From: a virus
Lineage: Duplodnaviria > Caudoviricetes
Reading direction: 5' to 3' (one strand)
Length of the DNA stretch: 64,000 nt
IMG/VR virus record: IMGVR_UViG_3300042691_035162
Span: 914 to 64,913 of that record
Part shown: positions 1 to 9,267 of the stretch, piece after piece
Layout of the letters: every line of letters starts with the position of its first letter
Position numbering within the stretch: position 1 is the first letter of the stretch
Position numbers and translations under genes: made by a program
Notes under the pieces: model-generated
What the model was told of the DNA's origin: nothing
Database searches by the model: none
The model's input: the letters and a program-made list of their open reading frames with translations, nothing else

Positions 1-2
1 AT

Positions 3-2213
3 CGTTACTGCTGCGCCACTCGGAGAAGAGGTTAATTTTTCCTGGGCAAGAGCAAGCGCTAAAACACTTGATGCATTTACGTACGTGCCTGTTACTGACT
101 GAATTACGTAAGATCCTGGATCGCCTGCAATTTGAATACTTGCCCCGGCCAATGGAGCAGCAGCAAAACCATTGGCAACTAATAAATAACCCTTTTGATC
201 AGATACCCCCGTGGGTGCAATTGTCAGGGTGTATGTTCCGTCTGTGATGTCTTCGCCATTTTGGAAGTTAGTGACGGATGTTTGGTTGTAGTAAATTTTA
301 GCGGCAGAGGACTGTAGATTTAATACGGTTCCTGTTGCTCCCGAAGTTAAACCTGTAATCGTAGTTCCGGCAGCAAACCCCTGAGTAATTGGATCAATTG
401 TTACTGTAAGTTGTTTACCGAGTAAAGCGCCCGTCTGTGGTGTTTCTGTTGCCGAATATCCAAACGATGATGCTCCCCATGTTCCATACGAGTTGTTACC
501 ATTAAGGGAACGAATAATTCCGCCGCCAGAGGTGGCATATCCGAAGTAAGCGTAATAGGTGAAGCAAGATACAATTTCACCTCGACCACCGTCTTTAATC
601 CAGTAGCCTACGCCATTGTCCGTAATAATGGTGTATCCATGGAATAACATGGACCGGTATCCACCAGCTTGTATGGAACCATCGACTAGAGCACCAATAC
701 AGCCCGACCCTATCGCAGAGCACTCAAGAATATATGGTGATTTTGTGGTCACATTTGAGGCTGGATTTAGCGCCACCACAACACCTTTTGGTGTTGAGGT
801 TCTAATATCTGCTGGAGTACTTCCAGGAACCCATCCAGTCATTCCAACAAACGTCATCTTATTAAGGATCGACGCGTTGGACATCAAGAACATCGTGGCC
901 TGGTTGTTAGGCGTAATTCCGTCTGCCGCTAATCCTGCTGCAGGTTGAACGATTACCGTACGCTGGTTATCCCCAACAATCGCTACTGTTGGAGGAACAA
1001 TAATTGGAAGTGCAGCCTCCGAATAAGTACCTGTTTTAACAAAAATTGTTGCTGGTTGCCCCGCCGGAACAGCCGCAACGGCTGCTTGAATGTTAGCAAA
1101 AGGAGTAGCTAAACTAGTTCCTGGATTACTGTTGTCACCATCCGGTGATACGTAAAATACATTTGTAGATCCGGTAGCGTTTATCCAGTCAATGTCAATA
1201 CCGTTTGCAGCTACTGTAAGTGAGTATCCTTCCAGTCCTGGGGTAATTACAGGCAAGACATCGTCGTCCCCTTTTGCAAGGAACTGCCAATTTCCTGCTA
1301 AATAATCGTTGTTAAAGTTGCTGGTGGAAGTGTAGTCATTCATACAAATGTATGAAGACGTCACGTTAAATACGACATCGTTTACCAAGTACGAAGTGCT
1401 TGGTGTCCAAGCACCTCTCCACCGGATACCGCTATTAAAAATCTGCCATTTGCCAGCGGCAAGATCCGTAGCAAACGTGCCAGAGGTGTTTTGGATTAAA
1501 CAGATATAGGTATTGCCGCCATATGTGACAATATCGTTGATGTAATACAAAGTTGTCGTAGTCCACGCGCCTCGCGTGCGAATCGTGTCTACAAATAAAT
1601 CCCAATAGCTCGTGTTTGTGGGAACGTTGCCGGTGGTGTTTGCCGTGGCTACATAGAGATTGGCACCATAGGCGACGATATCCCCCGGGACATATGCTGT
1701 AGCGTTGTTGTACACAGCCTGGGGAGAAATACCTTGTACAAACGGGTCCCAGTAAGTGATATTGGTTGGATTGTTGTTATTTGTAGTTGTTTTAGCAATG
1801 TATGCTGACGGACCGTATGTAACTACGTCGTTAGCTTGATAAGTGGTTACAGAGCTGTAAGCCCCCTCATACTGAATACCTTCGACAAACTGAGACCAGT
1901 CAGCCGGGAAATTGTCTGGTTGTTTATTAATGTTATCTTGCAAAGCAACATAAACTGTGGAGCCATACGCCACAGCATCGCCAATATAATATTGAGTGGC
2001 GCTGTTCCAAGCTCCAACAAAGTTGATGCCTTCTACCATCATCGCCCAATAGAGCGGGTCGGTAGGTTCATTGCCGATGGTTTTTACGGTGTTGATATAG
2101 ACGTAAACGTTACCGCCGTACCTAACAACGTCGTTTAATTCATACTCGGTTGCGCCGTTGTAATTACCAGCCCAGTAAAACCGAAGTTTTCCAAGATCAA
2201 TAACAGTAGTCAT
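3..2213 (-). CDS. Tail fibre/tailspike (partial, runs off the left edge): N-terminal W/Y-rich CBM5/12-like repeats followed by a pectin-lyase-like beta-helix region
   Basis: Absent from the ORF track because its stop lies outside the window. Manual translation from ATG 2213 (ATGA overlap with the upstream gene) gives MTTVIDLGKLRFYWAGNYNGATEYELNDVVRYGGNVYV..., about six W..T.Y..(N/G)D.V.YG..Y repeats, then VFYVSPDGDNSNPGTSLATPFANIQAAV...IFVKTGTYSE. Confidence 0.8.
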   Translation of the reverse strand, partial: MTTVIDLGKLRFYWAGNYNGATEYELNDVVRYGGNVYVYINTVKTIGNEPTDPLYWAMMVEGINFVGAWNSATQYYIGDAVAYGSTVYVALQDNINKQPDNFPADWSQFVEGIQYEGAYSSVTTYQANDVVTYGPSAYIAKTTTNNNNPTNITYWDPFVQGISPQAVYNNATAYVPGDIVAYGANLYVATANTTGNVPTNTSYWDLFVDTIRTRGAWTTTTLYYINDIVTYGGNTYICLIQNTSGTFATDLAAGKWQIFNSGIRWRGAWTPSTSYLVNDVVFNVTSSYICMNDYTSTSNFNNDYLAGNWQFLAKGDDDVLPVITPGLEGYSLTVAANGIDIDWINATGSTNVFYVSPDGDNSNPGTSLATPFANIQAAVAAVPAGQPATIFVKTGTYSEAALPIIVPPTVAIVGDNQRTVIVQPAAGLAADGITPNNQATMFLMSNASILNKMTFVGMTGWVPGSTPADIRTSTPKGVVVALNPASNVTTKSPYILECSAIGSGCIGALVDGSIQAGGYRSMLFHGYTIITDNGVGYWIKDGGRGEIVSCFTYYAYFGYATSGGGIIRSLNGNNSYGTWGASSFGYSATETPQTGALLGKQLTVTIDPITQGFAAGTTITGLTSGATGTVLNLQSSAAKIYYNQTSVTNFQNGEDITDGTYTLTIAPTGVSDQKGYLLVANGFAAAPLAGASIQIAGDPGSYVIQSVTGTYVNASSVLALALAQEKLTSSPSGAAVT

Positions 2214-2446
2214 ATGAACACCATCTCCAAGTGACCTTTAGCCCCCCACTGGAACTGAAAGGTGCCGGTTGACCAGATCCAATTTACGTACTCATTTGGA
2301 CCAACAATATATTCAGGCTCGGGAAGATTAACCGTTGACCCATCATTAATAATGTCTACGTTCAGGTCGCCTGTGGCCTGAATAAGCTTAAACCCATAGA
2401 AGGTCTGGTTTGCATAATTAGGAACGGTGTGGGTTTCAATACTCAT
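2210..2446 (-). CDS. Small tail-associated hypothetical protein
   Basis: 78-aa ORF coupled to both neighbours in the tail operon. Confidence 0.6.
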   Translation of the reverse strand: MSIETHTVPNYANQTFYGFKLIQATGDLNVDIINDGSTVNLPEPEYIVGPNEYVNWIWSTGTFQFQWGAKGHLEMVFI

Positions 2447-2760
2447 CAGACGCCCTCCAATGCGGAAACTAAAACGTCAAAGCCGTTTGCCAGCGCCGTA
2501 GATGCCTGGAGGGTGTCTCCCGCCTCCAATACAATTTTGTTGCCCCGCATCAATTCCTCTGTTTTTCCAGGCCCTACTCTAAATTCCTTAATTATGTACG
2601 TATTATTGCCCCCACGTCTATGCCATACGCTGATCGGCAATTCAGTAGGGTAGATATTGGCCGCGTTAAGCCCAATCACAACAGAACCAGTAAGCGCCGT
2701 ATGGATGGTAGTGGCAGTTGTCCCTAAATTCCTGGTTGCAGTGCTTTTAAAGGTAGCCAT
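2446..2760 (-). CDS. Small beta-rich virion protein
   Basis: 104 aa; similar in pattern to 47487-47819 (KIVLEAGDTL vs PVVLEATDEL). Confidence 0.6.
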   Translation of the reverse strand: MATFKSTATRNLGTTATTIHTALTGSVVIGLNAANIYPTELPISVWHRRGGNNTYIIKEFRVGPGKTEELMRGNKIVLEAGDTLQASTALANGFDVLVSALEGV

Positions 2761-2762
2761 AT

Positions 2763-3140
2763 TTAGCCCAGTGCAATCGCAAAAATAATAGCCGACCCAG
2801 CCGGATCATAGACTAGGGAACCGTCAGCGTTGTTATAAACCGCGCGTTCAGCCGGCAAAGTACAGAAAATTTCTTTAGCCCCAGCCGAAAAGTTGACTAT
2901 TAGGTTGCTGTTAGAACTTTTTAAAATTATGTCCCTGGAAACAGATGTTCCATCGAAGGTGCCTACCCCTACTTCCCACTCGCCAGCAGAATCGTTTGTA
3001 ATCGTGTAGTACGTGACATTACCTGCCCCAATCGCGGCAGAGAAAGTCGTATAGCCGGTGTACGCCCCAGTGGGCGTAAACGGGCCTGTGCCCAGGCTAC
3101 TGCTGGTTTCCCTTACTCGATCGGACAGTACTAAAGCCAC
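2763..3140 (-). CDS. Tail fibre adaptor-type virion protein
   Basis: MALVLSDRVRET...WEVGVGT N-terminus typical of phage tail-fibre attachment domains; GTG start. Confidence 0.6.
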   Translation of the reverse strand: MALVLSDRVRETSSSLGTGPFTPTGAYTGYTTFSAAIGAGNVTYYTITNDSAGEWEVGVGTFDGTSVSRDIILKSSNSNLIVNFSAGAKEIFCTLPAERAVYNNADGSLVYDPAGSAIIFAIALG

Positions 3141-3141
3141 G

Positions 3142-3576
3142 TTACACCAAGCGAATTACCGCAGTTGTTGAGGTTGGGGCCGGAAAAATGACCGTAAAGT
3201 CGCCATCCGTGGCCGTTTTATCGGAGCCAAAGTCAAACACGGCAACACCCTTATTTGCCTCTGTTTGGTTATAAATCAGGCATCCACGGGCGGTAAGAGT
3301 TACGTTGGGAAACGTAAGGTCGTTAAAATCCAAAAACGCCGTTGTACCGGACAGGGAGACCCCCAGGCTTGTCAACGCGCCTCCGCCAGCCGGGTAGTTA
3401 GTGCCGACAGAGGACACTTCGCCGGAAGTGGTATAGGCCGTAGTGGCTGCATCTAAAGAGGCTGCCGAGGTGTAAAGGGCCAAATAAAATGTGTCCCCAC
3501 CTACAGCATCAAAGTCGTGAATCCCCTCAAACAGTTGCTGTTTAAAGGAGGAGCATATTGCTTGGGTAATAGCCAT
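3142..3576 (-). CDS. Virion structural protein
   Basis: MAITQAICSSFKQQL...LALYT...FDFGSDK, a family commonly seen in tail modules. Confidence 0.6.
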   Translation of the reverse strand: MAITQAICSSFKQQLFEGIHDFDAVGGDTFYLALYTSAASLDAATTAYTTSGEVSSVGTNYPAGGGALTSLGVSLSGTTAFLDFNDLTFPNVTLTARGCLIYNQTEANKGVAVFDFGSDKTATDGDFTVIFPAPTSTTAVIRLV

Positions 3577-3577
3577 T

Positions 3578-3865
3578 TTAAATCTCCAAGAGTTTTATCA
3601 AATCCTCCCGCCCGCACGCGCGAAGGTTATTCGCTAATGTGGTTCTATCGGACTTGATTGCTTGCTTCATGTACTGCACTAAAACTTCGTGAATCTGTTT
3701 CTTAAAAGCATGAGCCTGCTCTTTTATAGCAGGATGTACGTTGTCTCCAACATACAAAATCTTTTCCACGGCCTGATCTGCCAACTCTTCGGGCGTAAAC
3801 CCCCTTTTGTTGGTAGTTAAAACCGTTACTCCATTTAAAAGAAGTGCGCTTTGTACGTCCATCAT
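3578..3865 (-). CDS. Hypothetical protein
   Basis: 95-aa ORF in operon context. Confidence 0.55.
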   Translation of the reverse strand: MMDVQSALLLNGVTVLTTNKRGFTPEELADQAVEKILYVGDNVHPAIKEQAHAFKKQIHEVLVQYMKQAIKSDRTTLANNLRACGREDLIKLLEI

Positions 3866-4524
3866 GGCCCCGGACTTGGTGATTTAAGTGGAACACGTGC
3901 CATGCCATCACGGAACTCGTCACGACGGCGGCGACCCTGTTGTTCAATGCCAAGGCCCTGTAAGGTTTGTCTGTAGCTGTTTTCAAAGTACTGCAGCATT
4001 TCAGGGGGCCCTTTTGTGTAACTGTAGGCTTGAATTAAACATGCATACAGAAGCGCCTCTGGGGCGAAAGTACTAATCCAAGTGGTTGGGTTGGCCGGAG
4101 AGATTTGTGCAGGTCTGTGAATATATCCAAGTTCTACGGTGTAAGACAGATCAGGAGTAGGTGCAATATAAAAGCTGTACTGATCCCAAATAGAGTAATA
4201 CTTTGGCACATCAGTTTGATTACCATTTGGCCAATACTCTTTCATAAACGAAGTATCCCTAAACTGTAGGAAAACTTGTTTATTGGTTGCGGGAGAAGTG
4301 ATCATCATATAGCGCTGAGTCAACATGTCTGACGGGGCGGTAAGAAACCTGTTATTAGCCGTCATATTGCCTGTAACTTCGCGCTTAAATACGTCGAGAT
4401 CAATGTCTCGAAGGATTCGGTTCTCCGCCATTGTAATGAACGTATCAATAACAGAATTAGAAAATACGTTGGCGTTAACCTCCGTATAGTTCCTAATGTC
4501 AGTTACAAGTTGGTTATAGTTCAT
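3862..4524 (-). CDS. Head-tail adaptor / tail tubular protein A-like
   Basis: MNYNQLV...FITMAENRI...PKYYS...IAPTPD...PEALLYACL pattern. Confidence 0.65.
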   Translation of the reverse strand: MNYNQLVTDIRNYTEVNANVFSNSVIDTFITMAENRILRDIDLDVFKREVTGNMTANNRFLTAPSDMLTQRYMMITSPATNKQVFLQFRDTSFMKEYWPNGNQTDVPKYYSIWDQYSFYIAPTPDLSYTVELGYIHRPAQISPANPTTWISTFAPEALLYACLIQAYSYTKGPPEMLQYFENSYRQTLQGLGIEQQGRRRRDEFRDGMARVPLKSPSPGP

Positions 4525-4871
4525 GTTATGACGACAGTTAGTTTTCCTGTGGATATTCTACTTATTAAGGCCTGCGTTTGCCGTTCTGGTTGCATATTAA
4601 CGGTGTTGTTAGCAGATCCAATGCTTTCAAAAGCAGAGTCACCAGGGGCACCAAGGTAAACAGACAACGGCTCCACGCGATCTGGGCGCGGCTCATATAG
4701 AGCCACGGCATCACCGTTAAACTTAAGGGGTTCCAACTGTGGTTCTTTTGGCTCATAGTCTTCTGGGCAGACTTTGAACCCTCGCCAGTTTTTGCGCAAA
4801 ACGTTATATGCGTAACGTTGCCCGCAGTAGTCACATAGTCCATACGAGAATTTGCCGGTTGCAAAGGACAC
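4521..4871 (-). CDS. Hypothetical protein with putative Zn-binding CxxC motif
   Basis: CDYCGQRY...W.G..VCPEDYEPKEPQL; GTG start. Confidence 0.6.
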   Translation of the reverse strand: MSFATGKFSYGLCDYCGQRYAYNVLRKNWRGFKVCPEDYEPKEPQLEPLKFNGDAVALYEPRPDRVEPLSVYLGAPGDSAFESIGSANNTVNMQPERQTQALISRISTGKLTVVIT

Positions 4872-4872
4872 A

Positions 4873-5544
4873 TTAGACCCCCATTTCCGGCACGAAACTT
4901 ATCCGGGCCGTCTCACGGTCTTCTGCTGCTGCACGGGCCCACTCTTCTTCATAAATTTGCTTAAGGGCAGGTGTTCTATCTGCGGCAAACTTGAGAGATA
5001 AATAATAAGCAAGTCCTGCGGTTAAACATGGCAAAAATCGATAGTTAACGTCTAGCGTATTGGTGTATACACCAGCGTCTTGAATCCTACGAATCCGATA
5101 GTACCGAAACTGGTACGTAGAATTTAAGTTTGGCGTGGGGTAAAAATAAACCTTTGGGGTATTTGTACGTTCCACGTAGTACTGAGCAGGACGAGCTTGC
5201 GTAGATTTATCTGGAATATCCAGATATTCCGCACGCGTGATTGGGTCGATAGTTATGTCTACTGGCGGACTCTGGGATGAATCGCGTATAACAGCCGTTA
5301 GAACCTGCACTGTGTCAGTGGGCAACGTAATTGATGTTACCCCCTGAGACAAGTTATAGGTCACTTCTTCAATGGTCCATAAATTCAATCCACGATTGGC
5401 CCAGTCAAGAAACATGAGGTTGAGCGACCGACGAGCGGTCTTAAGGTGATGACCAGTAGTCATCTCCATGCCACAACGCTCAAACGCTTCCTCGACTAGT
5501 TCGTCAATCGAAAGGTTGAAATCAGTGGTACCAGAAGTTGCCAT
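4873..5544 (-). CDS. Head-tail connector/adaptor protein
   Basis: MATSGTTDFNL...ARRSLNLMFLDWANRGLNLWT...RPAQYYV...YPTP. Confidence 0.65.
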   Translation of the reverse strand: MATSGTTDFNLSIDELVEEAFERCGMEMTTGHHLKTARRSLNLMFLDWANRGLNLWTIEEVTYNLSQGVTSITLPTDTVQVLTAVIRDSSQSPPVDITIDPITRAEYLDIPDKSTQARPAQYYVERTNTPKVYFYPTPNLNSTYQFRYYRIRRIQDAGVYTNTLDVNYRFLPCLTAGLAYYLSLKFAADRTPALKQIYEEEWARAAAEDRETARISFVPEMGV

Positions 5545-5730
5545 TTAGCACATTCCGCCTTTTTTCATGCCCATGGCCATCTTTTTACGTGGGCTTACCA
5601 TCAAGCCACCTTTAGCGGCCATAACCACCGACCCAGTTGTTTTACTGGGTTTAGAAACGTACTTATTCTTGGGGCCAGACTCAACACAACCCCCACCCTT
5701 AGTTGCACTTCCCATTCCTTTGCCAGCCAT
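5545..5730 (-). CDS. Small basic protein with KGG motifs
   Basis: 61 aa, K/G/M-rich. Confidence 0.55.
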   Translation of the reverse strand: MAGKGMGSATKGGGCVESGPKNKYVSKPSKTTGSVVMAAKGGLMVSPRKKMAMGMKKGGMC

Positions 5731-5732
5731 GG

Positions 5733-5891
5733 TTATTTACCTTTCTTCATTTTTTTCTTGGCAGCGCCGCCCTTTTTCATGCCCATAGGCATCATAGGAG
5801 CTGCGGCCATTTTCATAGCACGACCTTTGGCATCGGCGGTTTTACGCTTGAGCGCACGGCCTTCCATATCCATCATTTCTTTCTTTTTCAT
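5733..5891 (-). CDS. Small basic protein (52 aa)
   Basis: Manual translation MKKKEMMDMEGRALKRKTADAKGRAMKMAAAPMMPMGMKKGGAAKKKMKKGK; ATGA overlap with upstream gene. Confidence 0.55.
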   Translation of the reverse strand: MKKKEMMDMEGRALKRKTADAKGRAMKMAAAPMMPMGMKKGGAAKKKMKKGK

Positions 5892-6046
5892 TTCTTGCCC
5901 TTTCTCGCCGTTTTGGCGGATTCACGAAAAGCTTTTGCAGTTGGCGCACCTTTTGTACCAGGCTTGCGCATTTTTTCACCAGACCCTGCCGCAATCCGTT
6001 TCCGTTTTGCGTTGATATTGGCATAAAGACCAGGTTTAGCGGCCAT
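5888..6046 (-). CDS. Small basic protein (52 aa)
   Basis: Manual translation MAAKPGLYANINAKRKRIAAGSGEKMRKPGTKGAPTAKAFRESAKTARKGKK; fills the operon gap exactly. Confidence 0.6.
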   Translation of the reverse strand: MAAKPGLYANINAKRKRIAAGSGEKMRKPGTKGAPTAKAFRESAKTARKGKK

Positions 6047-6051
6047 TTCAC

Positions 6052-6300
6052 TTAACCTTTTGATATAAGTCGATCAATTTTTTCTTCAAGGCGGTTAAAC
6101 CTTGCGTCAATGTGTTCAGTAATTCGTTGAACTTCTGCTTTAGTGACGTGATCACGAGCAACCTCCACTCTGGTTTGATTAAGCGTTTGCTCAATCTGAT
6201 CAATTTTCCCGAACTTTTCTTGTGCCATATACCAAACCACCCCAAAAAATGCGGACGCTAGGGTTAATACTATGTTCCAAACAATAGTTACGGAGTCCAT
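6052..6300 (-). CDS. Single-TM coiled-coil protein (holin/spanin-like?)
   Basis: N-terminal hydrophobic helix followed by a heptad-rich tail. Confidence 0.55.
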   Translation of the reverse strand: MDSVTIVWNIVLTLASAFFGVVWYMAQEKFGKIDQIEQTLNQTRVEVARDHVTKAEVQRITEHIDARFNRLEEKIDRLISKG

Positions 6301-6581
6301 TAGCACTTCCATCGCTTTCTGGCTTGCCTAATTCGACTGTTGGGGTCCTTGGCCGCCTCGGGGAATTTTTCCATTTGACCAGCAGAACGGGCACAAAAAG
6401 ATTTGCGCCGTTTCGCGCGTGCGGGCGAGGGTTTGTCCTCAGTTACAGCGGTCTGCAATTTACTCCCAGGATTTGCGCGACGGTATGCTGCCACGCCTTT
6501 CTTGGTCATGCCCGCCCCTTGTTTAGTCGGGCGAAAGTTGCCTGACTTAACCGAAGTTTTAATTCCCATGCCCTTGGCCAT
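6300..6581 (-). CDS. Basic hypothetical phage protein (RRKSFCARS family)
   Basis: KRRKSFCARSAGQ...RKRWKC motif. Confidence 0.65.
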   Translation of the reverse strand: MAKGMGIKTSVKSGNFRPTKQGAGMTKKGVAAYRRANPGSKLQTAVTEDKPSPARAKRRKSFCARSAGQMEKFPEAAKDPNSRIRQARKRWKC

Positions 6582-6884
6582 TTATGCCGCAGCTCCGCCA
6601 ACAAAAAGTAGGGTTACGCTGACAATCTCTGCTCCGCTACGAGTAATGTGAATCCCGTCCTCAAACAAGATTCCGTCGTCCGGAATAATTAGATCGTAAG
6701 CACCTGCAGCACCCGGCGTAGCAAGAGTCAGCCTTGCCGTTCCAAGAGCACCACCTGTTCTCAGGGTAATGGTCCCTGGGGTGGCAGAGCACGTGTAATA
6801 CAGCCCGGCTAGTCTGGATCGGCCATTAACGCCTTGCGTAGTGTCCGTCTTAGTGACGGATTGAATGTCACTTGCGAAGCTCAT
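6582..6884 (-). CDS. Virion structural protein
   Basis: 100-aa beta-rich ORF, IPDDGILFEDGI motif, downstream of the capsid gene. Confidence 0.6.
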   Translation of the reverse strand: MSFASDIQSVTKTDTTQGVNGRSRLAGLYYTCSATPGTITLRTGGALGTARLTLATPGAAGAYDLIIPDDGILFEDGIHITRSGAEIVSVTLLFVGGAAA

Positions 6885-6896
6885 TAAAGCCCCCTA

Positions 6897-7106
6897 TTAA
6901 GTGAGTGCGCCGCCGAGAGCCGTTCTCCAAGCAGTGCCATTGCTAACTACGATGCAATACTCATTATTGCCAACGCCATTGTCGGAAATAACATACACGG
7001 TTCCAGCGGGAACAGAGTTTGCGGGGGGAAGTGCTGCGGTCAAAACAACCGGAGCGATGAAGCCGTTGTCAGATGCGACTGGGCCGGAGAAGGTAGTGCG
7101 AGCCAT
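6897..7106 (-). CDS. Small virion protein
   Basis: MARTTFSGPVASDNGF N-terminus; GAGG RBS. Confidence 0.6.
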   Translation of the reverse strand: MARTTFSGPVASDNGFIAPVVLTAALPPANSVPAGTVYVISDNGVGNNEYCIVVSNGTAWRTALGGALT

Positions 7107-7215
7107 TTAATTTGCCTCTCATGCGAGTTGAGTGCGTTTGTCTGCATGACGTCTAGCCGGGACTAGTCAAACGCACCGGGGACCCCGGGATAAAGCCAAT
7201 ATACACCAATTCCAT

Positions 7216-7247
7216 GAAAAAGAAAGGGGGCAAAAGCCCCCTTTCTT
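7216..7247 (-). terminator. Rho-independent terminator after the major capsid gene
   Basis: AAGAAAGGGGGC-AAAA-GCCCCCTTTCTT hairpin with a T tract on the minus strand, just after the stop at 7255. Confidence 0.8.
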
Positions 7248-7254
7248 ACTTCAA

Positions 7255-8163
7255 TTACGGCGTTCCGGGAGAACCGAAAATGCCGCGTGGGTCGCTGTAG
7301 CCGAAGCTATAACGCTCACGAGCCTTGTAGCGAACGTTGCCGGTGTCGAAGTCGCCTTCAAAACCAGTCTTGATCGCCACACGCTGGAACATCTTCATGC
7401 CGTTCGGGGCATCGGTCTTAATGAACCATGCGTCCGGATCGGTCAGGAAGTGGTTAACTGTGTAACCCTGGGGAATCATGCCCATGTTTTTGATCGCGTT
7501 GATGTCGTTGTCTGCAGTGCCAACACGCAGGGTGGACTTCATGATGCGATCAGCCGTGAACTGGAGTTCCTTCGGGATGATCAGTTTCAGACCTTGGATG
7601 GCGATCTTCAGACCACGCTCGTCCGTGAAGGCGGCGATGTCGATCAGGGCCTGCTCCAAAGAAGTCTCTGACAGATCCGCAGGGGTTGACAGTTCATTCT
7701 TCAGGTTAGGACCGGACAGGGTCGGGTGATCGTCAGCACAAAGGGGCTTGCCGTCGCCACCGATCGAGGTGGTGAAGGCGCCGTTCAGGACGGCGGCCGC
7801 TTTGATCTGCTTGGTCTGGGACATAGAACGAGCCAGAGCACGGGTGTAACGTGCAGCCAGACGGTCATAGAGGTTGTCCTCTACGGCCTCTTCTGTCAGC
7901 GCGAATGCCAGTGCGATGGTCTCGTGCGTGTACCGGGAAGCATAGACTTCTTGCGCGTTGTCATAAGCGACACCGGCGCCTTCAGCCTTGACGGGGGCGG
8001 TATTGAAACCGGAGAGCATAACTTCTTCTTCGAACGCGCGATCAGATGTCTCGACATCATAAATCTGGGCGTGCTCGTTTTCGTAGTTGCTGTACTCCAG
8101 TCCGAACAGAGCATTGAGACCAGGCTCAAGCTCGCGTACCAGTTGGGAACGTGAAATTGCCAT
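7255..8163 (-). CDS. Major capsid protein
   Basis: 302 aa, MAISRSQLVRELEPGLNALFG...RERYSFGYSDPRGIFGS; strongly biased codon usage; followed by a terminator; downstream of scaffold and portal. Confidence 0.9.
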   Translation of the reverse strand: MAISRSQLVRELEPGLNALFGLEYSNYENEHAQIYDVETSDRAFEEEVMLSGFNTAPVKAEGAGVAYDNAQEVYASRYTHETIALAFALTEEAVEDNLYDRLAARYTRALARSMSQTKQIKAAAVLNGAFTTSIGGDGKPLCADDHPTLSGPNLKNELSTPADLSETSLEQALIDIAAFTDERGLKIAIQGLKLIIPKELQFTADRIMKSTLRVGTADNDINAIKNMGMIPQGYTVNHFLTDPDAWFIKTDAPNGMKMFQRVAIKTGFEGDFDTGNVRYKARERYSFGYSDPRGIFGSPGTP

Positions 8164-8176
8164 GACTTAGCTCCTA

Positions 8177-8767
8177 TTAGGGTGCGGGAGGACTGTTGGC
8201 AACACCAGCGCTGCCATACAAGTGACAGTTAATCTTAACAACCACATCTACATTTGCCTCACCAAGGACGTTATCGGTGGCACTGTACGGGCCAACGATA
8301 GTCAGAACCTTAGTTGCGTCAACTGCGATTGAGGATGAGCTAAGTTCCGTACCAGAAACACCAGTCGTTGCGCTACCAGCAGCGTAAGCGATGTCAGCTT
8401 GCTTACCAATGTTGGCTTGTACAACGATACCGTCGGCCTGAATCAGGAACAGTTGGTTGGGGTCATCCAAAACTTCTGCCTGAATAACGCCAGAAGTAAT
8501 GTTTACCGAACCGGGGTAAAAGGCGCTCCATGTGGGCTTGCCAGTCGTCGGGTTAACGTAGTTGCAGCCGTTAAACACACCAACAGCGACGGTGTGCAGA
8601 GCAGCGTCAAACTTAACGACATAGCCACCAGAAATGGTCACCAGATCCCCTTGATAAATTGCGCCAGATTGGTTGTCCTCAATCAGGTAGGCGTACTGCT
8701 TCTGGGCACCAGTAGCAGACAGATTACCAAGAGGACGAAGACCAAAGGCTTTATCAACGTTTGCCAT
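8177..8767 (-). CDS. Capsid decoration/minor head protein
   Basis: MANVDKAFGLRP...IYQGDLV...GVFNGC; immediately upstream of the capsid gene. Confidence 0.65.
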   Translation of the reverse strand: MANVDKAFGLRPLGNLSATGAQKQYAYLIEDNQSGAIYQGDLVTISGGYVVKFDAALHTVAVGVFNGCNYVNPTTGKPTWSAFYPGSVNITSGVIQAEVLDDPNQLFLIQADGIVVQANIGKQADIAYAAGSATTGVSGTELSSSSIAVDATKVLTIVGPYSATDNVLGEANVDVVVKINCHLYGSAGVANSPPAP

Positions 8768-8791
8768 TTTGTCTTTCCTTTAAAAGATTAA

Positions 8792-9265
8792 TTACTCGGC
8801 CTTTTTAGGGCCACCGAATGTAACTCTAGACTGTCTCTCCGGCTTGATGACCTGCATAGATGAATGTGCGTTGGTCTTCAGTAAGTCGTTGTCAACAGCC
8901 TCAATTTGATCGCTCGTCCGCTGGTCGTAGTATTCCCTACGCTGATCGGCCATCTCTTCGGGGATCCTCGCCAACATTACGTCGCCAACGCCAATGACGC
9001 CAGCATGAATGCCGTTTTGAATCGAAGGAGTAACGAAGTCGGGGTATTCCTCAGCCCGGACCAGCTCATAACCCTCACGGATCTTGCCAGCCACGTTCTT
9101 ACTGTCATCCATACCGCCTGCTTCTTTACGAATCCAACGATGCTTATATCCCGGAGGTGCCGGAGGCGCATCCAAGTCGGAAGGACGAGACCATGACTTC
9201 TTACGCTCCGTTTTTGCACGGGTTTCAGCAGCACGTGATGTGCGATCGATTTCAGATTTAGTCAT
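8792..9265 (-). CDS. Conserved head-module hypothetical protein
   Basis: LDAPPAPPGYKHRWIR...REGYELVRAEEYP. Confidence 0.65.
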   Translation of the reverse strand: MTKSEIDRTSRAAETRAKTERKKSWSRPSDLDAPPAPPGYKHRWIRKEAGGMDDSKNVAGKIREGYELVRAEEYPDFVTPSIQNGIHAGVIGVGDVMLARIPEEMADQRREYYDQRTSDQIEAVDNDLLKTNAHSSMQVIKPERQSRVTFGGPKKAE

Positions 9266-9267
9266 GA

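Noticed and set aside
401-2138. ORF-track entries 401-589, 616-948 and 1836-2138
   Set aside because: They are shadows of the long minus-strand tailspike CDS.
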